A DNA stretch of 64,000 bases, taken from sequence record NC_048054.1, one strand, 5' to 3'. Positions within the stretch are counted from its first letter, which is position 1. Every line of letters begins with the position of its first letter. The translations under genes and the position numbers were made by a program. The notes beneath the pieces were generated by a model. It worked only from the letters and a program-made list of their open reading frames with translations, was not told the DNA's origin and ran no database searches. Of the stretch, positions 63,602 to 64,000 are shown one piece after another.

Positions 63602-64000
63602 ATGGCTAAAGTAACTAAAGGCACTTCACTGGCACCTACCCTGGCATCTCGCATCGCTAAAAAATCTGGTTCCATTAGCACCTCTAAAGTGAAGCCTGCT
63701 GAACTGCCGCACGACATTCTGATCGAAACAGTTCAGGCTGTTGAGCTGATTGGTTTCATTACCGACCGCACCGATAACAGCGTGACCATTCGTCATAAAA
63801 AAGGCCACGGCTCTTCTGCGCAGATCATCTCAACCTTCGGTCCGAACCAAATCCTGTCTATCCTGGGCGATGCTGGCCAGCACGGTAGCGTTACTGCTCT
63901 GGTTAACGCGCCGGTTCGTGAGTACAAAGGCTTCACCGTCAAATACGTCGGCGCCATGATTCACGCAACCTCTGTTGAAACTGGCGAAGTGATTCACATC
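63602..64000 (+). CDS. Hypothetical protein, runs off the window end (MAKVTKGTSLAPTLASRIAKK...)
   Basis: GGAG RBS; open frame to the window end. Confidence 0.8.
   Translation, partial: MAKVTKGTSLAPTLASRIAKKSGSISTSKVKPAELPHDILIETVQAVELIGFITDRTDNSVTIRHKKGHGSSAQIISTFGPNQILSILGDAGQHGSVTALVNAPVREYKGFTVKYVGAMIHATSVETGEVIHI

Noticed and set aside
1-64000. Integrase, transposase, rRNA, tRNA or phage structural module (capsid, tail, terminase)
   Set aside because: No recognisable motifs in this window; such genes may lie elsewhere in the genome

Overview
The window is a densely coding stretch of a large lytic (jumbo-type) dsDNA phage genome, most likely from a phage of Enterobacterales. That host and any closer kinship (gene content recalls Erwinia/Dickeya Y3-, Yoloswag- or JA/AD1-like myophages) are inference from memory and were not verified. 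All genes read on the + strand except a primase and a small ORF behind it. About 1-16 kb is a replication/transcription cluster: DnaG-type primase, Cas4-like PD-(D/E)xK nuclease, SWIM-finger protein, Acb1-like 2H phosphoesterase, a sigma70-family factor apparently lacking region 4.2, an SSB-like protein with an alternating poly-D/poly-K tail, an intein-containing RecA/UvsX and an AcrVA2-like protein. About 18-64 kb is a long run of accessory genes, mostly hypothetical, with recognisable NADAR-like, XRE, GNAT-like, Tpt1/KptA, radical SAM, TraR/DksA, UvsE, dUTPase, lytic transglycosylase and HD-domain genes plus many acidic low-complexity proteins carrying HeH/Rho-N-like modules. Two recurrent regulatory signatures stand out. 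One is a 10-copy promoter cassette (upstream box CTGGWCAAAA, an extended -10 starting 39-40 nt after the box start, then a small stem-loop). The other is a CTGTAAAYA motif in front of replication genes, a candidate target of the phage sigma. No tRNA, rRNA or CRISPR array was found. Functional calls rest on motifs read by eye and on recalled family sequences; no database search was run.
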